A DNA stretch of 64,000 nucleotides from an uncultured bacterium. Its GTDB lineage: Bacteria; Cyanobacteriota; Vampirovibrionia; Gastranaerophilales; Gastranaerophilaceae. This document shows positions 9,685-18,345 of this stretch, one piece after another. The translations under genes and the position numbers were made by a program. The notes under the pieces are model-generated. The model worked only from the letters and a program-made list of their open reading frames with translations, had not been told where the DNA came from and searched no databases. Numbering within the stretch: the first letter of the stretch is position 1; every line of letters begins with the position of its first letter. The DNA lies in contig CACZFL010000006.1 in assembly GCA_902780525.1 (NCBI GenBank), positions 96,650 through 160,649 on the forward strand, given 5' to 3'.

Positions 9685-12234
9685 TTATACCAACTCAGTC
9701 TTTTCTACTTCTTCCGTTGTAGTAAATTTAACTATATCACCTTCTGCAATGTCGTTAAATTTAACGAATGAAAGACCGCATTCAAATCCTTGAGCAACTT
9801 CTTTAACGTCATCTTTGAATCGTTTAAGCTGGTCGATTGCGCCCTTAAAGATTTCAACACCGTCACGGTAAATTGTTGCCGTATCATTTCTGTTAATCTT
9901 GCCTTCCGTAACATAACAGCCGGCAATCTTTTGTGTTTTACCGATTGTGAATATTTGTCTGATTTCAACCTGACCTGTCTGAACTTCCTTAACTTCAGGT
10001 GAAAGAAGTGAAATCATTGTGTGTTCAATATCTTCTAAGATTTGGTAAATGATATCGTATTTTTTGATTGTTACGCCTTCTCTCTCAGCGGCAGCTAAAG
10101 CATTTGAGTCTTCCTTAACAGTAAATCCTAAAATTAAAGCGTTAGATGCTGAAGCCAGCATAACATCTGCTTCTGAGATATCACCAACACCGACGTGAAT
10201 AATCTTTGTAACAATTTCTTTGGACTCAAATTGAGCAATAGCCTGCGATACAGCTTCAGCTGAACCGTGAGTGTTTGCTTTAATGATAAGATTGAGGTGC
10301 GGAACATCATCCTCTGCTGCACCGGCTTCTCTTCTCATATGAGCAGGAAGCATTGCTTCAAGACGTCTGTCACGTTCTTTTTCTTTTCTCTTGTCAACGA
10401 TAGCTTTCATTTCTTTTTCGTTTTGAACTACTTCAAAGTAGTCACCTGCATTCGGAACTTCGGTTAAACCTAAAATCTCAACAGGGGTTGAAGGCTCAGC
10501 CTTAACAATTCTTTCGCCTGAGTCGGAAAGCAGTGCTCGAACTCTTCCGCAAGCCGTACCTACAACTACGCAGTTACCTGCTCTTAAGGTACCGTTTTGT
10601 ACAAGAAGTGTTGCAACAGGACCTTTACCTTTATCTAAGTTTGCTTCAATAACAACACCTGAAGCGTTTGCTTTCGGGTTAGCTTTAAGGTCTTGAACTT
10701 CCGCAACAAGCAAGATGTATTCTAACAACTCATCAATACCGTCGCCCATGAGAGCAGAAACGTTAACGGTAATCGTTTCACCGCCCCATGCTTCCGGAAC
10801 AAGTCCGTGTTCGGTTAATTGCTGTAAAACTCTGTCTGGATTTGCACCCGGTTTATCGCACTTATTAACTGCAACAATAATAGGAACATCAGCGGCTTTT
10901 GCGTGGTTAATTGCTTCTATTGTCTGAGGCATTATGCCATCATCGGCCGCAACTACAAGGATTGCGATATCAGTTGCCTTAGCACCTCTGGCACGCATTT
11001 CCGTAAATGCTTCGTGACCCGGAGTATCAACAAATACAATTTTCTTTTCGTGCTTGTTGTCTAGGTAAACCGTGTAAGCACCGATTGACTGTGTGATACC
11101 GCCAACTTCGGTTGCGACAATTTTGTGTTTTGAAGCACGGATACTGTCTAATAAGGTTGTTTTACCATGGTCAACGTGACCCATAATTGAAACAACAGGA
11201 GCACGTTTTTTAAGAAGTTTTTTATCGACTTCCGTAAGAGCTTTTTGCTTTTGTTCCTTTTCCATTTCTTCTTCAATGAATGCATCAAAGTCTTCTTCAA
11301 GAACTTCAAGCTCGTATTCCGCACAAACTTTTTTGATTGTATCAACGTCAATCAGTTGGTTAACTGTTGCCATAATACCTTGGAACATCAGGAATTTAAC
11401 AATTTCAGCAGGAGTTTTTTGAATTTTGTCAGCAAGCTCCTGAATAGTCATAGCCTGATTTACTACAAGTGATTTTACTTCTTCAACGGCTTCTTCTTTG
11501 TGAGATTTCTTTTTATGTTTTTGAGCGGCTGCCTTTTCAAGAGAAATCATCTCTTGGTCTTCTTTTTTAGAGTTAAAATCTTTCTCTTTTTTCTTTCCGC
11601 CGTCATTACGTCTTTTTGAAGGACCGCCTTTTCCCTCATAAATTTCCTGAGGAATAATTCTGCGTTCTACGACTTTTTTGTCACCTGTTGGTCTGTTAAA
11701 AGGCTTTTTATCACCTTTTTCCTGCGGTCTGTTGTCTTTAGAAGTGGCATTTCTGTCACTATTTGTCGGAGCTTTGCGAACAATTTCTATACGTGACTGA
11801 TTTTTGTACTCAATTTTTGTTCTTTCTATTCTGACCTGAGGTATTTCGGCTTTTTTTATAACAGGTGCTTCTTTGACAGTTTCTTCTGAGCTTTTTTTGT
11901 CGGCTTTTTCGATTGTTTCTATCTTTGGATTTTTCTGAACTCTCTGAACTCTTTCTATTTGAGGTGGTGCGGATTTGGATGTTTTTTTTGTTTCTTCTGT
12001 GGATGGAGTTTCTTCTTGGGTGGCTTTGGATTTTTTTACAATAAATGCTTTTGGTTTTGCGTTAGTTTTTGGAGTTCCGTATCCCAGATGTTCTTTAAGT
12101 TTACGGATTTGAGCAGGTGTAACCGTATTTGAATGAGATTTAACGATTATGTCAATCTCAGCAAATTTTTCAATAATTTCTTTGCTTGTTTTCCCTAGTT
12201 CTTTTGCTAATTCACTAACTCTTAAACTGTCCAT
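9685..12234 (-). CDS. infB: translation initiation factor IF-2
   Basis: 849 aa. GTPase motifs GHVDHGKT, DTPGH and NKCD. Lys/Glu-rich N-terminal region and conserved C-terminal domains. Confidence 0.97.
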   Translation of the reverse strand: MDSLRVSELAKELGKTSKEIIEKFAEIDIIVKSHSNTVTPAQIRKLKEHLGYGTPKTNAKPKAFIVKKSKATQEETPSTEETKKTSKSAPPQIERVQRVQKNPKIETIEKADKKSSEETVKEAPVIKKAEIPQVRIERTKIEYKNQSRIEIVRKAPTNSDRNATSKDNRPQEKGDKKPFNRPTGDKKVVERRIIPQEIYEGKGGPSKRRNDGGKKKEKDFNSKKEDQEMISLEKAAAQKHKKKSHKEEAVEEVKSLVVNQAMTIQELADKIQKTPAEIVKFLMFQGIMATVNQLIDVDTIKKVCAEYELEVLEEDFDAFIEEEMEKEQKQKALTEVDKKLLKKRAPVVSIMGHVDHGKTTLLDSIRASKHKIVATEVGGITQSIGAYTVYLDNKHEKKIVFVDTPGHEAFTEMRARGAKATDIAILVVAADDGIMPQTIEAINHAKAADVPIIVAVNKCDKPGANPDRVLQQLTEHGLVPEAWGGETITVNVSALMGDGIDELLEYILLVAEVQDLKANPKANASGVVIEANLDKGKGPVATLLVQNGTLRAGNCVVVGTACGRVRALLSDSGERIVKAEPSTPVEILGLTEVPNAGDYFEVVQNEKEMKAIVDKRKEKERDRRLEAMLPAHMRREAGAAEDDVPHLNLIIKANTHGSAEAVSQAIAQFESKEIVTKIIHVGVGDISEADVMLASASNALILGFTVKEDSNALAAAEREGVTIKKYDIIYQILEDIEHTMISLLSPEVKEVQTGQVEIRQIFTIGKTQKIAGCYVTEGKINRNDTATIYRDGVEIFKGAIDQLKRFKDDVKEVAQGFECGLSFVKFNDIAEGDIVKFTTTEEVEKTELV

Positions 12235-12308
12235 CCAATAGTCCTTTCAAATCCTCGCGCGATAGATTTTTCTTTTTGCCCTTGTTTTATTCATATTAAT
12301 ACATTTAA

Positions 12309-12336
12309 ATTATAACAAAGACATACAAATCTGCAA
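12309..12336 (-). promoter_or_regulatory. sigma-70-type promoter candidate for infB
   Basis: Minus strand reads TTGCAG-N16-TATAAT with an extended TG (TGTTATAAT), about 65 nt upstream of the infB ATG. Confidence 0.45.
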
Positions 12337-12370
12337 AATTTTTAAGAATTTGAACAAGAAAAATCATTTT

Positions 12371-12613
12371 CTACGATAATTTCGTCAAATCAGACAGTAG
12401 CGATTTGTCAATGTTGGCTTTCAGATTCTTACCCAGTCTGTTTTTTCCAAAGGCTTTTTCTATACACTCCTTGTTTTTGCATATATAAGCGGATCGGCCA
12501 AAAGTTTTTGAATCAGGCTGAAGAATAATTTTTTCACTTGTTTTTGTTATTTTGATTAATTCGCTGCGCAGTTTTATCTCTCCGCAGGATATACATTTTC
12601 TTTTATGTTCCAA
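12371..12613 (-). CDS. ylxR: YlxR/RnpM (DUF448) family RNA-binding protein
   Basis: 80 aa. RKCISCGE..K..LIK.....GRSAYIC pattern and the typical position just upstream of infB. Confidence 0.8.
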   Translation of the reverse strand: MEHKRKCISCGEIKLRSELIKITKTSEKIILQPDSKTFGRSAYICKNKECIEKAFGKNRLGKNLKANIDKSLLSDLTKLS

Positions 12614-12615
12614 TG

Positions 12616-13023
12616 TTATTCCTTAAAAAGAGCTTCTATATCTTTTACTGTTTTTTTACTGTTTTTATAAAACATATCTTCATACTCTTCTTCCGATAAT
12701 CTTGGAAGCGGAGTTTCTTTTACAAGTGTGTTTTTGTGATTTATTGTTGCATCTTCAAGCGCATGAAAAGCCGTAAAATAACGGCGGTCGCTTGTTAATG
12801 GTTTTCCGTCAATACAAATTTGACACCAGTATCCTATTTTATTTAGCTTTGCAAATTTTCCCGGAAGATTTTTTATATATTCAAGCATTGTATAGAGTTT
12901 TGGTAAATCATCAGCATCTTTAAATTCCAACTCTTGTATAAATTGATTTACATCATGCTTGGAAAATTTTGCTTTAAAGTTTTGTTGTCTGTTTTGTATG
13001 TTATTGATTGGTAATATTTTCAT
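12616..13023 (-). CDS. hypothetical protein (orphan)
   Basis: 135-aa ORF packed between prfA and ylxR (gaps of 15 and 2 nt). AAGGG SD-like sequence overlaps the prfA stop region. N-terminus MKILPINNIQNRQQNFKAKFSK. Confidence 0.65.
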   Translation of the reverse strand: MKILPINNIQNRQQNFKAKFSKHDVNQFIQELEFKDADDLPKLYTMLEYIKNLPGKFAKLNKIGYWCQICIDGKPLTSDRRYFTAFHALEDATINHKNTLVKETPLPRLSEEEYEDMFYKNSKKTVKDIEALFKE

Positions 13024-13038
13024 TTCTGCATTTCCCTT

Positions 13039-14121
13039 TTAACCCACTTCTGCGAGTTTTTCCAGTTTAAGTTTTTGGTCATATTCAATAAGCAGATGAA
13101 TAAGTTCATCCAAATCCCCGTCGATAACAGTCCAAACGTTAAGGTTATGGTTAATTCTGTGATCGGTTAGACGTCCCTGCGGAAAGTTATATGTTCTGAT
13201 ACGTTCGCTTCTGTCACCTGTTCCGACCTGCGAACGACGAAGATCTGTGATTTCCTGCATTTGTTTTTGGACCTCCAAATCATACAGTTTAGAACGCAAA
13301 ATCTGCATTGCTCTTTCTTTGTTCTGTAATTGTGAACGCTCTTCCGTACAGAAAATCATTATACCTGTAGGCTTGTGAAAAAGTCTTGCAGCCGTTTCAA
13401 CTTTGTTAACGTTCTGACCGCCTGCACCACCACTTCGTGCCGTTGACATTTCAATATCTTCCGGTCTGATTTCAATTTCTACATCATCTACTTCCGGCAT
13501 AACTGCAACGGTTGCGGTCGAAGTGTGTACTCTGCCCTGAGATTCCGTCTCCGGAACTCTCTGAACTCTGTGAACGCCTGATTCATATTTAAGTTGTGAA
13601 TAAACCGCATCACCCTTTATTGAAATAATAATTTCAGAATATCCTCCGGCTTCACATTCAGTTTTTGATAATATTTGAGTTTGCCAGCCTTGTTTATCTG
13701 CGTATTTAAGATACATTCTTGCCAAATCGCCTGCAAAAATGTTTGCCTCATCACCACCAGCTCCGCCTCTGATTTCAAGCATAATGTCTTTGTCATCCAT
13801 CGGATCGCGGGGAAGAAGCAGAACTTTCATTCTTTCTTCGTATTCAGGAAGCTTTGCTTCGTTTTCTTCCATCTCAGCTTTCAAAAAAGCCTTCATTTCT
13901 TCATCTTTTTCTTCATGAATTAGTTGTTTTGCTTCTTCAATTGCATCTGTTGCTTTTTTCCAGGCGTAATAGAGTTCAACTGTTTCTTCCATTGATTTTC
14001 TTTGTTTTGATAAATCACGGAATTTATTGTAATCAGCTATAACATTCGGATCAGAAAGAGTTTGTCCGAGTTCAACATACCTTTTTTCAATCTGAACGAT
14101 TTTATCTAACATATCCTTCAT
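13039..14121 (-). CDS. prfA: peptide chain release factor 1
   Basis: 360 aa. GGQ motif ([15 protein letters not shown]), RF1-type tripeptide region (PET), and full-length resemblance to RF1. Confidence 0.95.
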   Translation of the reverse strand: MKDMLDKIVQIEKRYVELGQTLSDPNVIADYNKFRDLSKQRKSMEETVELYYAWKKATDAIEEAKQLIHEEKDEEMKAFLKAEMEENEAKLPEYEERMKVLLLPRDPMDDKDIMLEIRGGAGGDEANIFAGDLARMYLKYADKQGWQTQILSKTECEAGGYSEIIISIKGDAVYSQLKYESGVHRVQRVPETESQGRVHTSTATVAVMPEVDDVEIEIRPEDIEMSTARSGGAGGQNVNKVETAARLFHKPTGIMIFCTEERSQLQNKERAMQILRSKLYDLEVQKQMQEITDLRRSQVGTGDRSERIRTYNFPQGRLTDHRINHNLNVWTVIDGDLDELIHLLIEYDQKLKLEKLAEVG

Positions 14122-14206
14122 AATAACAATTCCTTTTATAATCTAATCGATAATTTAAGTATAACAAAAACAGGGGTAAATATAAAAAGAAAAAATCCGA
14201 ATTGTG

Positions 14207-14227
14207 TTTGTAAAGTTTTGTAACAAA
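14207..14227 (+). promoter_or_regulatory. HLR1-like direct-repeat box
   Basis: TTTGTAAAGTTTTGTAACAAA. The reverse complement GTTACAAA-AC-TTTACAAA matches (G/T)TTACA(T/A)(T/A)-N2-(G/T)TTACA(T/A)(T/A). Confidence 0.55.
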
Positions 14228-14238
14228 TGCTAAAAGCG

Positions 14239-14277
14239 ATGAAATTACCTATTTTTTAAATACTTTATATATATAAG
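14239..14277 (+). promoter_or_regulatory. promoter candidate ATGAAA-N16-TACTTT followed by a conserved ATATATATAAG block
   Basis: The same layout recurs at 26941-26981 and on the minus strand at 39795-39835. It ends 28 nt upstream of the ATG at 14305. Confidence 0.5.
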
Positions 14278-14304
14278 ATGGTATTATAAGAAAGTAATTG
14301 AAAA

Positions 14305-15510
14305 ATGGTAGCAGTTAATCAAAATATATTTAGAAATGTCGGATGTACTGTACAAAGTATGTTTGATCCTAATACTTCAACAGAATCAAAAATACAAAGC
14401 GGTATAAACGGATTAACAAGCGTATTTTTTGCATTGGGTGGTGATGATGCCGAAGCAGAAGCAAATGCAGCCGTAAGAGAAAATGAAGAGATAAACAATA
14501 ATTTGAATGCTTCACTTCAAACACAGTCAGAAGCTAATAAAAATGCTATTCAGTCTATTATAGATCAAATTAATGAAAATCAGAAAAAAATTACAGAGAT
14601 TTTGGAACAGATAAACGGCTTAGAAGAAGAAAAAAATAAAATAAACAAAGAAGTTGAATTACATCAGGAAGAAATACAAAAACAAAAAGATACATATGAA
14701 AATGCAACAACCCCGGAAGAAAGACGAAAAGCTCTTGATGCAATAAGCAACGAAAATGCTGCGGTTCAGGAACTTTTAGGCAGAGTTCAAACTCTTAGCA
14801 ATCAACAAACTGAGCTGAATGAACAAACAGAAGAAGCAGAATCAGTAAATGCAGATTTGCAAGTACAAGCAGATGATACAAAAGCAGAAGGTGAGAGCAA
14901 AATACAAACTATACAGCAGCAAGCTGTCGCTAATAAAGCTCAGGTAACCGGAAAACTTGCAGCTCAAGAAACAAAATATGTAGCAAAAGCAGCTGAATAT
15001 ATGGCTAAAGCAATTGCATCAAAAACATCAGGATTTTTCTCCAGTGTATGTACATTTGGCTTGGGCGGTGTAGCAGGAGATATGGCAGCTGAAAAATATA
15101 TGCAGCTTTCACTAAATAATACTGCAGCCGCAGGAATAATCAGCAGTGGAGTTCCGCAAATATTATCTACAATAGGTAATGTTTTTGACGGTACAAATGT
15201 AAATTTAGGTTTTCTGACAAATACATCTTCTTATATTGGAAGTTTAACTTCCGCAGCAAACGGTGATGTAGAAGCATTTTTTGGAATTTCAAATTCACTT
15301 GGCAGTCAACTTGGTGACAGCTTGCAAAGCTGGACGGAAACTTCTGAAAATATTGATAATGCAATTGAAGTAGGTAATCAAGAAGAAACAAATGTAACAG
15401 GCAATGATAATAAAGATGACTCCAATGGCGATGTTACCGTAAGTAACGATAATAATGAAGAAAAGAAAAAATTTAATGCAGAGCCTGATTTTAATGTTCA
15501 AATGGTATAA
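14305..15510 (+). CDS. hypothetical coiled-coil protein with Gly/Ala-rich hydrophobic segments
   Basis: 401 aa. About 170 aa of Gln/Glu/Asn-rich heptad-like sequence, then GFFSSVCTFGLGGVAGDMAA and AAAGIISSGVPQILSTIG hydrophobic stretches, then an acidic Asn/Asp-rich tail. Confidence 0.7.
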   Translation: MVAVNQNIFRNVGCTVQSMFDPNTSTESKIQSGINGLTSVFFALGGDDAEAEANAAVRENEEINNNLNASLQTQSEANKNAIQSIIDQINENQKKITEILEQINGLEEEKNKINKEVELHQEEIQKQKDTYENATTPEERRKALDAISNENAAVQELLGRVQTLSNQQTELNEQTEEAESVNADLQVQADDTKAEGESKIQTIQQQAVANKAQVTGKLAAQETKYVAKAAEYMAKAIASKTSGFFSSVCTFGLGGVAGDMAAEKYMQLSLNNTAAAGIISSGVPQILSTIGNVFDGTNVNLGFLTNTSSYIGSLTSAANGDVEAFFGISNSLGSQLGDSLQSWTETSENIDNAIEVGNQEETNVTGNDNKDDSNGDVTVSNDNNEEKKKFNAEPDFNVQMV

Positions 15511-15539
15511 TAATCTTGAAAATTACCCAAAATCCTTAA

Positions 15540-15568
15540 TTGACAATGCTTTCCATTTATGATGTAAT
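15540..15568 (+). promoter_or_regulatory. sigma-70-type promoter candidate for adhE
   Basis: TTGACA-N17-TGTAAT, about 35 nt upstream of the ATG at 15604. Confidence 0.45.
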
Positions 15569-15603
15569 TGTATGGTTAGTGTTAAAATTGTAGGGGTAAT
15601 ATT

Positions 15604-18255
15604 ATGGCATCAAAAACAAAAAAGGTTGTTGAGTCTTTGGAGAAATCTTTGAAGGCTTCAGAAAGAGTTGAAACTCTTGAACAGTTAGAGGTTTTAATCT
15701 CTAAAGTAAAAAAAGCTCAAAAGATTTATGAAACTTATACTCAGGAGCAGGTTGATAAAATCTTTAAGGCAGCGGCGGCTGCAGCAAACAAAGCTCGTAT
15801 TCCGCTTGCAAAAATGGCTGTTAAAGAAACACAGATGGGTGTTCTTGAAGATAAGATTATTAAAAATCATCTGGCTTCCGAATACATTTATAACAAACAT
15901 AAAAACGCAAAAACTTGTGGAATTATAAGCGAAGATAAAGAAAACGGAATTAAGACAGTTGCAGAGCCTCTGGGTATTTTGGCAGGTATTATTCCTACCA
16001 CAAACCCGACATCAACTGCAATTTTTAAAGCTTTAATAGCATTAAAAACAAGAAACGCAATAATATTTTCACCTCACCCGAGAGCTACAAAATGTACTAT
16101 TGAAGCGGCAAGAATAGTTCTTGATGCGGCGGTAAAAGCCGGAGCTCCGGAAAATATTATAGGCTGGATTGATGTTCCTTCTATTGAACTTTCAAATACG
16201 CTCATGACTCACCCTGAAATTGATTGTATTATTGCAACGGGAGGGCCCGGCATGGTTAAAGCAGCTTATTCATCAGGTAATCCCGCTCTTGGAGTAGGCC
16301 CCGGTAATGTTTCCGCAGTAATTGACGAAACGGCAGATATTAAAATGGCAGTTTCTTCAATTCTTATGTCAAAGACTTTTGATAACGGTATGATTTGCGC
16401 TTCCGAACAATCAGTTGTTGTTGTTGAAGATGTATATGAAGAAGTTAAAAAAGAGTTTATATACAGAGGAGCTTATCTCGTATCAAAAGCAGAGCAAAAG
16501 AAAATGATAGACTTGCCGTTCATTGATCCTAAGAGAGGAACGGCTCACCCTTCAATTGTTGGTCAGCCTGCAAGGAGAATTGCAGATCTTTCAGGGTTTA
16601 AAGCTCCGGAGAATGCTAAAATACTTCTCTGCGAACGACCGAAAGTTGATTGGGACGATCCGTTTAGTCGTGAAAAATTATCGCCGATTTTAACAATGTA
16701 CAAAGCTAAAAATTACGAAGAAGCTTCTAAAATGGCTTACGAGCTTGTTTCAAAAGGCGGAGCAGGTCACTCAGCAGCTTTATATACTGATGCTAGAAAG
16801 CAGGACAGAATTAACGAATATGCTGAGATGATGCCAGCCTGTCGTATAATTATCAATTCACCGTCATCAATGGGCGGTATCGGTGATATCTTTAACTTTA
16901 AACTTGAACCTTCGTTATCACTTGGCTGCGGTTCGTGGGGAGGTAACGCTGTTTCCGGAAATATCGGAGTAGAACATTTATTAAATTATAAAACTGTTGC
17001 TGAAAGGAGAGAAAATATGTTGTGGTTCAAAGTTCCGCCGAAAGTTTACTTCAAGAGAGGAGCTTTAGACCTTGCTCTTAAAGTGCTCAAAGGTAAAAAG
17101 CGTGCGTTTATTGTAACTGATACATATCTCTTTAATTCAGGTGCGGTAGATAAGATTACAAAAGTTTTGCATGAAATTGACGTTGAATATCAAATCTTCT
17201 TTGATGTTAAACCTGATCCGACATTGTCAACAATTAATCAGGCAATGGCTCAGTTAAGACCGTTCCAGCCTGATTTAATTATTGCTCTTGGCGGCGGTTC
17301 TCCTATGGATGCAGCTAAAATTATGTGGCTCATGTACGAGCAGCCCGATGTAAACTTTGAGGACCTTTCTATGAGATTTATGGATATAAGAAAACGTATA
17401 TATCAGATTGATGACTTGGGTCAGAAAGCCACAATGGTTTGTATCCCGACTACATCAGGTACGGGAAGTGAAGTTACTCCGTTCTCAATTATTACAGATG
17501 ATGAAACTCACGTAAAGTATGCAATTGCAGACTATGCGCTTACTCCAAACATTGCTATTATTGATCCGAACTTTGTTGACGGAATGCCAAAAGGTTTAAC
17601 AGCAGCATCAGGTATTGATGCTCTCGTTCACGCAATAGAAGCATACGTTTCCTGTATGGCAACAAACTTTACTAACTCAAATGCGTTAGAGGCAACAAAG
17701 CTGATTTTCAGATATCTGGAAAGGAGTTATAAAAACGGTGCGAGCGACCCGCTTGCAAGAGAAAAAATGCATTATGCGGCAACGATAGCAGGTATGTCAT
17801 TTGCAAACTCATTCCTCGGACTTTGTCACTCTATGGCTCATAAACTAGGTGCTATGTATAACGTACCGCATGGTGTTGCAAATGCGCTTTTAATCAGGCA
17901 AGTTATAAAATATAACTCAACTGACGCCCCGAAAAAACAGGCAATTTTCCCACAATACAAATATCCGAATGCAAAAACAAAATACGGACAAATTGCCGAT
18001 GAACTCAGTTTGGGCGGAAAAAATGATGATGAAAAAGTTGAGTTGTTAATAAAGGCTGTTGATGAGTTAATGGATAAGATAGAACTTCCGAAATCCATAA
18101 AACAATTCGGTGTGGATAAGAAGAAATTTATGGATAATCTTGATGAGTTGGTTGAACTCGCATTTGATGACCAGTGTACAGGAGCAAACCCTGTTTATCC
18201 GCTCTTTGAAGATATCAAAAAAATATACATCGATGCTTATAACGGTGTTGTATAA
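15604..18255 (+). CDS. adhE: bifunctional acetaldehyde-CoA/alcohol dehydrogenase
   Basis: 883 aa. N-terminal aldehyde dehydrogenase domain (catalytic Cys in DNGMICASEQS) fused to a C-terminal iron-type ADH domain (GGGSPMDAAK, His-rich metal site). Confidence 0.97.
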   Translation: MASKTKKVVESLEKSLKASERVETLEQLEVLISKVKKAQKIYETYTQEQVDKIFKAAAAAANKARIPLAKMAVKETQMGVLEDKIIKNHLASEYIYNKHKNAKTCGIISEDKENGIKTVAEPLGILAGIIPTTNPTSTAIFKALIALKTRNAIIFSPHPRATKCTIEAARIVLDAAVKAGAPENIIGWIDVPSIELSNTLMTHPEIDCIIATGGPGMVKAAYSSGNPALGVGPGNVSAVIDETADIKMAVSSILMSKTFDNGMICASEQSVVVVEDVYEEVKKEFIYRGAYLVSKAEQKKMIDLPFIDPKRGTAHPSIVGQPARRIADLSGFKAPENAKILLCERPKVDWDDPFSREKLSPILTMYKAKNYEEASKMAYELVSKGGAGHSAALYTDARKQDRINEYAEMMPACRIIINSPSSMGGIGDIFNFKLEPSLSLGCGSWGGNAVSGNIGVEHLLNYKTVAERRENMLWFKVPPKVYFKRGALDLALKVLKGKKRAFIVTDTYLFNSGAVDKITKVLHEIDVEYQIFFDVKPDPTLSTINQAMAQLRPFQPDLIIALGGGSPMDAAKIMWLMYEQPDVNFEDLSMRFMDIRKRIYQIDDLGQKATMVCIPTTSGTGSEVTPFSIITDDETHVKYAIADYALTPNIAIIDPNFVDGMPKGLTAASGIDALVHAIEAYVSCMATNFTNSNALEATKLIFRYLERSYKNGASDPLAREKMHYAATIAGMSFANSFLGLCHSMAHKLGAMYNVPHGVANALLIRQVIKYNSTDAPKKQAIFPQYKYPNAKTKYGQIADELSLGGKNDDEKVELLIKAVDELMDKIELPKSIKQFGVDKKKFMDNLDELVELAFDDQCTGANPVYPLFEDIKKIYIDAYNGVV

Positions 18256-18270
18256 AACGTTAAAAGATTA

Positions 18271-18305
18271 TGCGGGCGGAACTTAAATATTCCGCCCGCA
18301 TTTTT
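18271..18305 (+). terminator. intrinsic terminator after adhE
   Basis: TGCGGGCGGA, 10-nt loop, TCCGCCCGCA, followed by T5. Confidence 0.85.
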
Positions 18306-18345
18306 GTTAAGTTGGTTTATTGGTTTATATTTTTAGTTTGTATTT

